A DNA stretch of 59,732 bases from an uncultured Methanosarcinales archaeon (lineage in GTDB: Archaea; Nanobdellota; Nanobdellia; Woesearchaeales; CAZYIM01). A program made the position numbers and the translations under genes. Below the pieces are notes generated by a model that worked only from the letters and a program-made list of their open reading frames with translations, did not search any database and was not told the origin of the DNA. Within the stretch, counting starts at the first letter, position 1. Each line of letters starts with the position of its first letter. Positions 28,993-38,334 of the stretch are shown piece by piece. The DNA is taken from assembly GCA_964647565.1 (NCBI GenBank), contig CAZYIM010000013.1, positions 1 to 59,732 of the forward strand. Direction: 5' to 3'.

Positions 28993-30554
28993 TTTTCAAA
29001 CACCTTAGCATATGTCTTATCAAACTCATGCTTGCCACAAGCAAGCATATAGATTAAGGGATTCACCTGCTTAGCTAAAGCAAGTATCTTTTGGGCTTTG
29101 TCCCTAATATCCCACTGAGCATGTTCATCCTCCCGCATCCTTGATATGTGATATATTTCCCGAGGATTTGCCTTGACAAGAATTCTTCGCTGGTGACCAT
29201 TGGTCAGGATATATGGTGCCACATCAGGAAGGTCTTTTTTAATAAACTCATATATATCTGTGCTCTTTGCCATGCAATCTCGAGCCGCATCAGACATACC
29301 AATCTCTACGATTGATGGCGGGACTGTATATCCCAATTCGGGATTATAATCTTGAGGCAAAAGTGTCATCATTCGATGTCTCTTCATCTGGGCAAAACAA
29401 CTAGAGCTCATGGTTATCTCATAAGTCAAATCTGTAGGAATCTCAAATTCTCGCAGAACAGCATCATGTTGAGTAATGTGCTTTAAAGATGTCTTGACGA
29501 CCTCAGCCATTTCATGTGTATTCATACATTCGGCTATGGCATCGCACTGCAATTTTGATAGTTGCCCTTTAGATGATTGAAATAATAAGGCTGAAACCAG
29601 TGTCTCATCTGCCCCTACGTCATACTCTACCAGGCAAACATCACCACCTCCCAAAGGAAAGTGACCTGGAACAGATGGATTTATTATTTCCTCTGCAAAT
29701 TCCTGGATAAGATTCTTTGTTAAATCTTCAAGTTCAGGTCTTGTCTGAGTATAGTAATCCCAAGGCTCTAAAAACAGGAACAAAGATGGCGCAACATCAT
29801 AAACTTTCGCATGAATTTTTTGACCCAGTTCCTGAACTTCTTTAAGAGGATGAGCAGCAGTAAGCATTAGAAAATATTCAAGATTTCTAGCGCTTATCGT
29901 CTCACCTAGTTGTGCTTCTGTTGCCAAAGATACAACATAGCGAGCATCCTCCTTAGCCAGGCCTTCTCTACTACGTGCATTCATATCAGGGAACTTCTGC
30001 TCAAAATGTACTAGAAGCTTATCTAACAGGACATGATAAAGATCATTCTGCTCTTTTATCATTTTGAGAAACTTATCATGATGCTTAGACTCCTGAATCT
30101 CTTTAGGCACCATGAAGTCATCTGTTAAGGTTTGATAACGCTGTGATTTCTCAGTATATGCACAAAGCCTCCTAGCTTCAACAAACTCAACTGCATACCT
30201 GGAAACACCCAACATGTCAATATTAAAGACTGCATGTTCTGCAATACTGTGATGGCACATATCAAAAACAATGGACTTGTTTGATTTTCTGGCTTTTTCA
30301 ATGTCCTGCCTTGCATCTTCCCGAAGTTCAGGAATTGGACGCTGATCTCTGCTAAGACGTGCATATGAAGCTGATAAGGTTTCAGGAGTTACAGGTTTCC
30401 TCAGTAACTGCTCTGTCTCTTTAATCAAATCTTGCTTTTGCGCATCACTTAAGCTAGGAGCATTTAGCTCTTTCTTCAACAAGTCTAGAAGTCTTTGATA
30501 GTTGTCCAGAATATGTTTATCGACATTAAATCCAGCTAATATTATTTCCAACAT
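28989..30554 (-). CDS. thyX: FAD-dependent thymidylate synthase, tandem two-domain form
   Basis: HHSIAEHA, YTEKSQRY, KEDARY in domain 1; QMKRHR and AQWDIR in domain 2. Confidence 0.9.
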   Translation of the reverse strand: MLEIILAGFNVDKHILDNYQRLLDLLKKELNAPSLSDAQKQDLIKETEQLLRKPVTPETLSASYARLSRDQRPIPELREDARQDIEKARKSNKSIVFDMCHHSIAEHAVFNIDMLGVSRYAVEFVEARRLCAYTEKSQRYQTLTDDFMVPKEIQESKHHDKFLKMIKEQNDLYHVLLDKLLVHFEQKFPDMNARSREGLAKEDARYVVSLATEAQLGETISARNLEYFLMLTAAHPLKEVQELGQKIHAKVYDVAPSLFLFLEPWDYYTQTRPELEDLTKNLIQEFAEEIINPSVPGHFPLGGGDVCLVEYDVGADETLVSALLFQSSKGQLSKLQCDAIAECMNTHEMAEVVKTSLKHITQHDAVLREFEIPTDLTYEITMSSSCFAQMKRHRMMTLLPQDYNPELGYTVPPSIVEIGMSDAARDCMAKSTDIYEFIKKDLPDVAPYILTNGHQRRILVKANPREIYHISRMREDEHAQWDIRDKAQKILALAKQVNPLIYMLACGKHEFDKTYAKVFEK

Positions 30555-30696
30555 AAAACACCCACCTCATCCGTAGAGTTGTAATAAATAAAAAGATTAC
30601 TCACATTTTTATTGATTTATATGTTGTAGAATAACTATTTGAAAATAGTAATAGTTTTATATTGGTAAGCATTATCCCTATAGGGGTGTTAGATAA

Positions 30697-31725
30697 ATGA
30701 TTATAGGAGTTACAGGATTCTATGCTAGTGGAAAAGACACTGCGGCACAATATTTAGCGAAAAAGGGCTTCACTCACTTTTCCTTATCAGACGTTATCCG
30801 GGATGAACTTAGAAAAGAAAAGAAAAAGATCACAAGAGAAAATCTGATAAAAAAAGGGAACGAACTTAGGCAAAGCTACGGGCCTGGAGTACTTGCAGAT
30901 ATAATTCTGGCCAAACTAGACGAAGAAAGGAATTATGTTATCACCTCCATACGGAATCCTGCAGAGGTAAGATCTCTTAGCCGAAGGAAAGATTTTATCA
31001 TGGTATTTGTCGACGCCCCCATAAAGATACGATTTGAAAGATTAAGAAGCCGAAATAGAGAAGAAGATCCACAAACCATTGAAGAACTTAAAAGATATGA
31101 AAAATTAGAAGATGCAAAAGATCCTATAGGCCAACAACTGTCAGAATGTAAGAAATTAGCATCTATTGTTCTGATAAATGAGACAACATTAGGTAAACTC
31201 CACAAAAAAATTGAAAGCATGATAACTGATCTTATAAAAAAGCTAACCCCTCCCAGACCAACATGGGATGATTATTTTATGCAGATTACGGAAACTGTTG
31301 CAAAAAGAGCCACCTGCGATAGGGGAAAAGCAGGGGCAATAATTGTAAAAGACAAAAGAATACTCTGCACCGGCTATGTTGGCGCACCATCAGGTCTGCC
31401 ACATTGCGATGAAGTCGGACATCTATTTCACACAGTCTATGATAAAGAAGGTAAAGAATCACATCATTGTGTCCGAACCACACATGCAGAACAAAACGCT
31501 ATTGTCCAAGCCGCAAGGTACGGTACGCCCATAGATGGTGCAACTCTTTATTGCAAAATGGAACCTTGCCTTGTCTGCGCCAAGATGATCATAAATTCTG
31601 GCATCAAAAGAGTTGTTTGTGCCAAAAGATATCATAAAGCAGAATTGACCAGAATGATGTTTAAGGAGGCAGGTATCAAACTAGAAGTCTTAAAAGATGA
31701 ACTGGTTACTTATGCAAAAATGTAA
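30697..31725 (+). CDS. Fusion: P-loop nucleoside-monophosphate/dephospho-CoA kinase-like domain plus dCMP deaminase
   Basis: GFYASGKDT, SIRNPAE; RPTWDDYFM, RATCDR, HAEQNAI, PCLVCAK. Confidence 0.9.
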   Translation: MIIGVTGFYASGKDTAAQYLAKKGFTHFSLSDVIRDELRKEKKKITRENLIKKGNELRQSYGPGVLADIILAKLDEERNYVITSIRNPAEVRSLSRRKDFIMVFVDAPIKIRFERLRSRNREEDPQTIEELKRYEKLEDAKDPIGQQLSECKKLASIVLINETTLGKLHKKIESMITDLIKKLTPPRPTWDDYFMQITETVAKRATCDRGKAGAIIVKDKRILCTGYVGAPSGLPHCDEVGHLFHTVYDKEGKESHHCVRTTHAEQNAIVQAARYGTPIDGATLYCKMEPCLVCAKMIINSGIKRVVCAKRYHKAELTRMMFKEAGIKLEVLKDELVTYAKM

Positions 31726-31727
31726 CA

Positions 31728-32588
31728 TCACTGACCATCGTATTCTTGATAGATAACATGACCGCAATCCTTACAATGAGAGGCATCTTTGTCATGATAC
31801 CTCAAACCACAATTAGGACAGACCACCTGTTTTCTGGTTGAAAAATAAAACCATTCCCTAACAATCTGGCTCGCCTGCCAGGGTATTAAAATTACTCCTG
31901 AAATTATCATCAGCAGTACAATTCTCCGGCCATTAGCTGAAATAGGGATAATATCCCCAAATCCAACAGTGGTCAATGCAACAACTGTAAAATAAAATGC
32001 ATCCTCAAATGTGTTCACATCGGGATTCACAGGGCTCTCAACATAGAAAAATGCTCCGGAAGCCACAAAGAAGATAATGAGAATTGTAATCACCAATCTG
32101 ATCACTCTTAAAAGATGCCAACTTATCTTTCCAAAGAAGAAATCAGGGTCTGAAATGAATCTCAGGAACCTAAAAATCCTAAAAACCCTGAATATCCGGA
32201 TTATTTTCACAATACCTATACTCGTAGCAGTCGAGGGAATGAAAAGTACTAATAACGTTGGTAAGATAGCTATGAGATCTATGATACTATAAATATTAAA
32301 GACATGCTTGATCCGATTTCGAGAAGCATATAAACGTGCAATATATTCGACTATAAAGAAACAAACAACAATAAGTTCCAGTGTCCAGAGAAGTGATTTT
32401 GTTGTGTCTGACAAGGGATATGTTTCTGCGACAAATATAGCACAGATAAATAAGTTAACCAGAATGATAGCAATATCAATTACCTTACCAAGAGGAGTCT
32501 TACAATCGATTAGATAGAACTGAAGAATCTCTCGGAATGTATGTTCAGGATGAGGTTTTTTCTTATGAGCCATATTCTTAGACATCAA
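31728..32588 (-). CDS. Voltage-gated-type potassium channel (ion transporter)
   Basis: S4 RIFRVFRIFRFLR; filter TTVGFGD; C-terminal CPNC…HCKDCG. Confidence 0.92.
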   Translation of the reverse strand: MMSKNMAHKKKPHPEHTFREILQFYLIDCKTPLGKVIDIAIILVNLFICAIFVAETYPLSDTTKSLLWTLELIVVCFFIVEYIARLYASRNRIKHVFNIYSIIDLIAILPTLLVLFIPSTATSIGIVKIIRIFRVFRIFRFLRFISDPDFFFGKISWHLLRVIRLVITILIIFFVASGAFFYVESPVNPDVNTFEDAFYFTVVALTTVGFGDIIPISANGRRIVLLMIISGVILIPWQASQIVREWFYFSTRKQVVCPNCGLRYHDKDASHCKDCGHVIYQEYDGQ

Positions 32589-32636
32589 TAAAAGTGCAGA
32601 ACATTCAGATTTAAATGTTGTGATTTTCAGATTTAG

Positions 32637-32882
32637 TCAGTGAAAAAACAAAAGTTTCTTCTTGCTGATCGCACCACTCTTTATGAAAACCTTTTTTTTC
32701 GAGAGTCGGGTAAAAAACTTAATAATTTCAATATTGGCCTTGTTCTTGTCTGCAGGTGCAGCCACATTCACCCTTAATCCACCTGAATCAGCATCAAAGC
32801 AGATAATCTCTGTTCTTGATGAATTTGGTTTTACTATTATTTGTAACCGATTGTTCTCAATATAATCTTGCCAGTTTTCCAT
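32637..32882 (-). CDS. DUF167/UPF0235 family protein
   Basis: VKPNS…VAAPADKNKAN…IKSGAISKKK. Confidence 0.88.
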   Translation of the reverse strand: MENWQDYIENNRLQIIVKPNSSRTEIICFDADSGGLRVNVAAPADKNKANIEIIKFFTRLSKKKVFIKSGAISKKKLLFFH

Positions 32883-32883
32883 T

Positions 32884-34026
32884 TTAACTCAAATATCTAT
32901 AATACCTATGAAGATGGTTCCAAAGCTTAACAAAATGAGGATATAACGGAACTGATTTCTTCAATAAATCAAAGATGTCATTCTTGCTTCTTGCTTCCAC
33001 AAATCCAATTTTTTTAAAATAGTTATCATATGCGCCACCATTGAGTTTTTTCATGACACCAGGTCTAACTCTAATTGAACCTTTCATGGCATTTCCAAAC
33101 TCACTCTTAGACCAGGTATGTTGATAAGTGTTCAAAGGCATCTTTTTTTCAAAATGAGAAATAACTGTCTTTGCCGCCAACTGCCCGTCAAAGAGTGCCA
33201 TAGGAATACCACCTCCTGTCAAAGGATTTGCGTGACCAGCTGCATCTCCAACTAAAAGAACATTATCTTTGACACAGGGCACTATATGGTTGGTTAGTGG
33301 TATTAGACCGCCATTCACCTCAAGCACCCTTTTCTTATTCAGATCAAGCTGTTTTACAAGAGCACCCAATATTGGTTTAAGTTTCATAATAGAGGTGCTG
33401 CCCAATCCAATATTCAATGTTTCTGCTTTTGGAAATAGCCAAGCATATCCATCTTTAACAATATCCTTACTCAAAAAAAATCTTAATGTGTCTGGATTTT
33501 CGATCTCTGTTTTTATTTCATACTGCAATCCAAATATAAATGAAAAAGGACTAAAACCAAAAAATTTCCTTACTTGTGAAAGTGGGCCATCAGCACCAAT
33601 AATAATTCTGCCATTCAAAATCGAAGAATTGCTGAAATTCAACAGGTGCTGGTTTTCAAACGATATAAATTTATTTCCAAGCATCAACTTAGCTCCTGCA
33701 TCCTGCGCTTGAAATGCAAGATCTTCATCAAATATCTTCCTATCCAGGACATAACCCTTAGAATCAGGAGGCCAGACCGTAACTCCACCCTTACCAGGCG
33801 AACCGACGAAAACTGAATTAGTCTGTCGCGATATCCAATTAGGTTTTACATTTATTCCAAGCTCCTCTAAAATGTGACCTGTAATTGCCTCACCACATTG
33901 CTTGGGTGTGCCTATCTTTTTTCTTTGATCTACCAAAGCAACTTTAAAGCCTGCTTTGACAAGATGAAATGCTACTGTTGAACCTGCAGGCCCTGCGCCA
34001 ACCACAATAACATCATAGGATTCCAT
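32884..34026 (-). CDS. Geranylgeranyl reductase family FAD-dependent oxidoreductase
   Basis: GAGPAG, PKQCGE, DRKIFD, GADG, GYAWLFP, GDAAG…NPLTGGG. Confidence 0.88.
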   Translation of the reverse strand: MESYDVIVVGAGPAGSTVAFHLVKAGFKVALVDQRKKIGTPKQCGEAITGHILEELGINVKPNWISRQTNSVFVGSPGKGGVTVWPPDSKGYVLDRKIFDEDLAFQAQDAGAKLMLGNKFISFENQHLLNFSNSSILNGRIIIGADGPLSQVRKFFGFSPFSFIFGLQYEIKTEIENPDTLRFFLSKDIVKDGYAWLFPKAETLNIGLGSTSIMKLKPILGALVKQLDLNKKRVLEVNGGLIPLTNHIVPCVKDNVLLVGDAAGHANPLTGGGIPMALFDGQLAAKTVISHFEKKMPLNTYQHTWSKSEFGNAMKGSIRVRPGVMKKLNGGAYDNYFKKIGFVEARSKNDIFDLLKKSVPLYPHFVKLWNHLHRYYRYLS

Positions 34027-34049
34027 GGTAGTTCATATTCGCCTCATTA

Positions 34050-34604
34050 TTAAAAAAGTTTTGATATAAGCTCCGTAGCTCTAGCATCTGGCTGAAGATA
34101 TTTTTCAACATATATATGCTCATACTTTCTCCTCTCCTCTTGCCACATCTGCTCCTCAAGTTTAATGGCATCTACAGATTGATTTTTCACCAGTTTTTCA
34201 AGTTCATTAAAAACAGATTTCAACCTCTCTGTTTCTGCTTTCTCAAGTGGCTCATCACCAGCCTCTCGCCACATGTCTCTATATCGCCCATAAGTCTTCA
34301 TCCTTTCAGATATATCATCAAGTTCATCATCATTCTCATGTAATTTAGACCTGAGCATATTAAATATACTACCCTTAAGATTTCGATAATTAAGACCATG
34401 ATACTTTTGGGAATCAGGATCATAGAAGACTGGTTCATCAAGAATAAGACCTGCTAAAAGAAGTTCTGTTTGAGGATAGTACTCGTCTGCTATTTCGAGC
34501 AACTTCTTCATCTCGTTTAGAGCTAAGGAAGTCAGATTTTCCTTTTTGTTCTTATCAAGTATATTGATTGTATCTAACAATTGATCCAAGATAACTTTTC
34601 GCAT
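34050..34604 (-). CDS. Hypothetical helical protein
   Basis: 184-aa ORF with upstream TTTATATA box. Confidence 0.65.
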   Translation of the reverse strand: MRKVILDQLLDTINILDKNKKENLTSLALNEMKKLLEIADEYYPQTELLLAGLILDEPVFYDPDSQKYHGLNYRNLKGSIFNMLRSKLHENDDELDDISERMKTYGRYRDMWREAGDEPLEKAETERLKSVFNELEKLVKNQSVDAIKLEEQMWQEERRKYEHIYVEKYLQPDARATELISKLF

Positions 34605-34674
34605 ACAGACAGGATTAAGCAGAAATATATAAATCTTGCACTATCCGTCAATCTTGTAACACATATAATAATGA

Positions 34675-34881
34675 CTATTTCTTCCCTTTCTCTTTTACGA
34701 CCGGGCCATCATCATAAGTACCCCACCAAAACATGCAAGGTATACAATAATATCCCCAGACGCCAAGAAAACGTGTAGCCATAAGTTCTCCACATTTCGG
34801 GCATCTTTTAGGCATAAAAGTGATTTTAAAGTTTACAAGCTTATCGTTATCAATCTCCTCAAAATCAATTTTTTTTGGCAT
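34675..34881 (-). CDS. Small CPxCG-type zinc-finger protein
   Basis: CPKCG…CIPC; GGGGG SD-like element upstream. Confidence 0.6.
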   Translation of the reverse strand: MPKKIDFEEIDNDKLVNFKITFMPKRCPKCGELMATRFLGVWGYYCIPCMFWWGTYDDGPVVKEKGKK

Positions 34882-34936
34882 TTAAAACAACCCCCTAGTC
34901 TTAACCATAAATAAATCGATTTACGATTCAAACTAA

Positions 34937-35257
34937 TCAATCATATTCCCGCCAGATATGCTTACATTTTTCACACTTCAGAAACCTGGTTTCAGGCTCG
35001 TCTCCCGCTCGCATCTGCCGCAACCAGTAATAAGCCTTTTTATGTCCACACTCAGGACAAACCGCATCTGTCAGGGGAAGATTCTCCTCGTCTTCATTAA
35101 CTACTTCCACCGTCTTGGTCTTCTTAGCAATAGTCTCTTTTATTTCTGCATCGTCCAGATTCTTTGAAACGTAACCACAACTACCACAAAACATGATTTT
35201 CTTACTCTTTTCCTTCTTTGGTCTCAATAAAGAGCCACATTTTGGACAAAAAAGCAT
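34937..35257 (-). CDS. tfs: Transcription factor S (TFS, RpoM/TFIIS family)
   Basis: FCPKCG N-terminal Zn ribbon; CPECGH…QMRAGDEPET…CEKC…WRE; AGGTG SD before ATG 35257. Confidence 0.95.
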   Translation of the reverse strand: MLFCPKCGSLLRPKKEKSKKIMFCGSCGYVSKNLDDAEIKETIAKKTKTVEVVNEDEENLPLTDAVCPECGHKKAYYWLRQMRAGDEPETRFLKCEKCKHIWREYD

Positions 35258-35306
35258 TTTCACCTGAAATGTCATGAACTAGATTTAAAAATTTTTCTAA
35301 AAAACC

Positions 35307-36026
35307 TTATTTGAATAAATGACCTAATCCAAACAAGTCCATTAGATCAACAAACCAAATTTTAATATATCCAAGATAGGGTATTTGCATTACAGCTTTA
35401 CCTATCACCAAATCTTGGGTAACACTAGTTTCATCCAGACCTGTATCGACTACCTGATCTGCATTATTATCTCCTTTGGTCTGAAAAATAAATTGACCCT
35501 CATTTTCAGTCATGTCAATCACCCTATGAATTATAGGATATGGCCTATTTGAGTTAAAGACTATCACATCTCCAACTTTCACCTTTTCAGGTTTCACACC
35601 AAACAAGACCATGATATCTCCCCTATCAAAGCCATTCTTAAAGGGAAATTGCATAAATTCTTTCTTAGTAATAAATTTGTTCTTATACCAATCTCCACAA
35701 ACATCCCAATATTGATCAATCTTATGGAGTTTATTGGTCTCTACATTTTGACCGCACAACATAAAACGATCTTCGTAATATTTGACACATTGTGTTGTTT
35801 GAGGTTGATACTCTTCACACAGTTTTGTAGGGGTGTGGACCATGCTTGTGGACACAACAGCCACAACTGGAAAATTTGTGCCAAAAATCAAGCCCAACCC
35901 AGGATAAACTATGAATTTAATTATGACAAAAGCCAAGATAATATTAACAATCCAACTTGCTAAAGAATCCTCGTGCCATATAAAATGCCAGGTTTTCTTC
36001 AGTATTCTCTTAAATTTACTTGCCAT
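35307..36026 (-). CDS. Signal peptidase I, archaeal/Sec11 type, with Cys-containing insertion
   Basis: VVSTSM, RGD, GDVIVF, PIIHRV, TKGDNN, IPYLGY. Confidence 0.92.
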   Translation of the reverse strand: MASKFKRILKKTWHFIWHEDSLASWIVNIILAFVIIKFIVYPGLGLIFGTNFPVVAVVSTSMVHTPTKLCEEYQPQTTQCVKYYEDRFMLCGQNVETNKLHKIDQYWDVCGDWYKNKFITKKEFMQFPFKNGFDRGDIMVLFGVKPEKVKVGDVIVFNSNRPYPIIHRVIDMTENEGQFIFQTKGDNNADQVVDTGLDETSVTQDLVIGKAVMQIPYLGYIKIWFVDLMDLFGLGHLFK

Positions 36027-36099
36027 GCGTGTCTAGGAAAAATAATTCATTAAAAAGCTTTTGATTTACAGCAGTTTTTCAATGAAACACAGAATTGTG

Positions 36100-36203
36100 A
36101 AGATTTAGCAACATACTGAATTGTTAGGCAATTCTGAAGTTGCTAAGATTTAGCAACATACTGAATTGTTAGGCAATTCTAAAAGTTGCTAAGATTTAGC
36201 AAC
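36100..36203. repeat. About 2.3 copies of a 45/46-bp tandem repeat built from two palindromes
   Basis: AAGATTTAGCAACATACTGAATTGTTAGGCAATTCT(G/AA)AAGTTGCT twice plus AAGATTTAGCAAC; contains GTTGCTAA-GAT-TTAGCAAC and GAATTG-N5-CAATTC. Confidence 0.9.
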
Positions 36204-36234
36204 CTTTAAAAGAATGAACTTATCTCCTAATTCA

Positions 36235-37167
36235 ATGAGATTTTGCCCAAAATGCGGAAAAGATATCACTAAAGGCACATTTTGTAATGATTGCCAGCCC
36301 CAGATACTCGAATATGAAGATATTGTAATAGAAATATGCAATTGTGGCAGGCTGCTAGAACACGGCAAATGGCATCCCTACACAGATCTGAACCACGCTG
36401 TAGAAAAAGTTGTGAAAACCAATATCAAACAGAAGGCTGTCAAAATCAAGGCCAATATCAATAAGTTAAAAATATTTAGAGGTAAAAACCAGGTCTCAGT
36501 AAAGGTGCATTTCAATAACGAAATCTATGAACTCCCTCTGAATATCATACTGGTACAATGTGCAACTTGTTCAAGAAAAGACACTCAATATTTCGAAGGA
36601 ATAATCCAATTACGCAATCCCAAAGATGAGGTTGTTAGCTATATTGAAAAAGAGATTGAAACTAGTAATACAAAGGGAATTTTTATCAACAAAAAAGAAA
36701 AAGTCACCAATGGCATTGATTTCTATGTGACAGACCAAAAATTCATCCAATTATTGGGCAGAAAGGTCATAAGGAGGTTTGGTGGTCTGATAAAAATTAA
36801 TGCGAGGCTGCACACAAAAAACCATCAGACCAGCAAGGATCTATACAGGATAAATGTCTTGATACAACTGCCAGATTTTAAGGCGGGAGATGTGCTTGAA
36901 ATTAATGGAGAACCTATAAAGATAACTCATCTGGGAAAACAGATTAAAGGTCTTCGCCTTAAAAATTTAAAAACCCTGCTTTTTGATTATGGGAAGACAA
37001 AATATTCCAAACTAACAAAGTTCAAGACGCGAGTTACCAAAAAGTTTCCACAACTAGAAGTATTACATCCAGAAACCTACCAATCTACGCAAGTACTTAA
37101 TCAAGAAGAGTTGGATATCAATGATGAAGTAGACGTGGTTGATTATAACGGTTTGTACATATGTTAG
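36235..37167 (+). CDS. nmd3: NMD3 family protein
   Basis: FCPKCG…FCNDC, CNCG…GKW, CATCSR…YFEGIIQLR, GIDFY; C-terminal OB-like part. Confidence 0.9.
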   Translation: MRFCPKCGKDITKGTFCNDCQPQILEYEDIVIEICNCGRLLEHGKWHPYTDLNHAVEKVVKTNIKQKAVKIKANINKLKIFRGKNQVSVKVHFNNEIYELPLNIILVQCATCSRKDTQYFEGIIQLRNPKDEVVSYIEKEIETSNTKGIFINKKEKVTNGIDFYVTDQKFIQLLGRKVIRRFGGLIKINARLHTKNHQTSKDLYRINVLIQLPDFKAGDVLEINGEPIKITHLGKQIKGLRLKNLKTLLFDYGKTKYSKLTKFKTRVTKKFPQLEVLHPETYQSTQVLNQEELDINDEVDVVDYNGLYIC

Positions 37168-37169
37168 AA

Positions 37170-38288
37170 TTATGCCCTCTTTTTCTTATAGTCCTGGAGG
37201 ACTTTTTTCAGTATGTTCTTGCCATCTACCATCTCTTCTACCTGATTCATATCAACTAAAGCAAAGTCTTTATGCTCAATCAATTTTAAAGAATTTGCAC
37301 GAATAAAAATAAAGTCTGAATGGCCTTTTATAGTCTTTTTAGTTATGATAATACGTATTTTACGCTTCAAGTCCTTAATAATACCAGTATTACAGATATT
37401 CGGATCCTCGACAAGGAGAATATCACCTTCTTTTATATTAAGAAAGGATTTCATCTCAAACTCTGCCTTCCCAAGGTTAGCAAGCTTTTTTACTATTCTT
37501 AAAGATGAAGCCTTACCAACAAATTTCTGAAGTCCTGCATACTCTTTATTCAAGAGTTTAATAAGTTTGTCTTTCTCTGCTACCAGATTTGTTAAGTTTT
37601 TAATTCGGCGCGTTTTCTCCTCGACAAGTTCAAGAACAGGCACTCGATCTGCCTTCCGTTTAAATCGATTCATAAGTTCATTAGAACTTGCTAGTTGTTT
37701 CTTCAAGATCTCATTTTGTTCAAACAACTGTGCAAGCTTTTTCTCAAGTTTTTTAATCTTGTCAATCTTTAAATCAGTCTTTTTTTTAGGAATCTTAACT
37801 TTTGCAATAATCGGTTTTTTCATCAATCGCTCATATAGAGTCTTAATACTCACTTTTTCATGTTTTATGACCAGCATCATCAGCTCGTCCGCAAGTTTTT
37901 CCTGATGCATCTTACCAAGAAAAGAGTTAACGTCTTTGAATAAACGCTTAAACTTGTTATATGCATAAGTAGCAGATGCTAATGCATCAAATTCATGATC
38001 ATTACGGGTTTTTATGCTGACTAATTGATCCTTTTCATACTTAGTTAGATCTAGTTTTGGAGATATCAATCTAGCGCCTGTCCTTGCACAAAATTTCTCA
38101 ACAAATGATGGAGCAGACTTCTTATCGCAACCTGCAAGAATAGGTTTGCCAAATCGAATACAAATTTCAATGAGATCACTCATGTTAAGTGTTCTTGAAG
38201 AGCTGACTTTCAGTACAGAACCATCTAAATCAAGAATAGCATAACCAAGGGTTGTACCAGGATCAATACCTAAGATTATAGGTTGCAC
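37170..38288 (-). CDS. DUF460 domain protein (RNase H-like N-terminus plus coiled coil)
   Basis: LGIDPGTTLGYAILDLDG, DL…EK, NDHEFDALA. Confidence 0.88.
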   Translation of the reverse strand: MQPIILGIDPGTTLGYAILDLDGSVLKVSSSRTLNMSDLIEICIRFGKPILAGCDKKSAPSFVEKFCARTGARLISPKLDLTKYEKDQLVSIKTRNDHEFDALASATYAYNKFKRLFKDVNSFLGKMHQEKLADELMMLVIKHEKVSIKTLYERLMKKPIIAKVKIPKKKTDLKIDKIKKLEKKLAQLFEQNEILKKQLASSNELMNRFKRKADRVPVLELVEEKTRRIKNLTNLVAEKDKLIKLLNKEYAGLQKFVGKASSLRIVKKLANLGKAEFEMKSFLNIKEGDILLVEDPNICNTGIIKDLKRKIRIIITKKTIKGHSDFIFIRANSLKLIEHKDFALVDMNQVEEMVDGKNILKKVLQDYKKKRA

Positions 38289-38334
38289 AGTAATAATAAA
38301 TCAATCAAGTTAAAATAATTTTCCATAGATATAA

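Noticed and set aside
36100..36203. Mini-CRISPR array
   Set aside because: The intervening sequences are near-identical rather than unique spacers, and there are no cas genes in the window.
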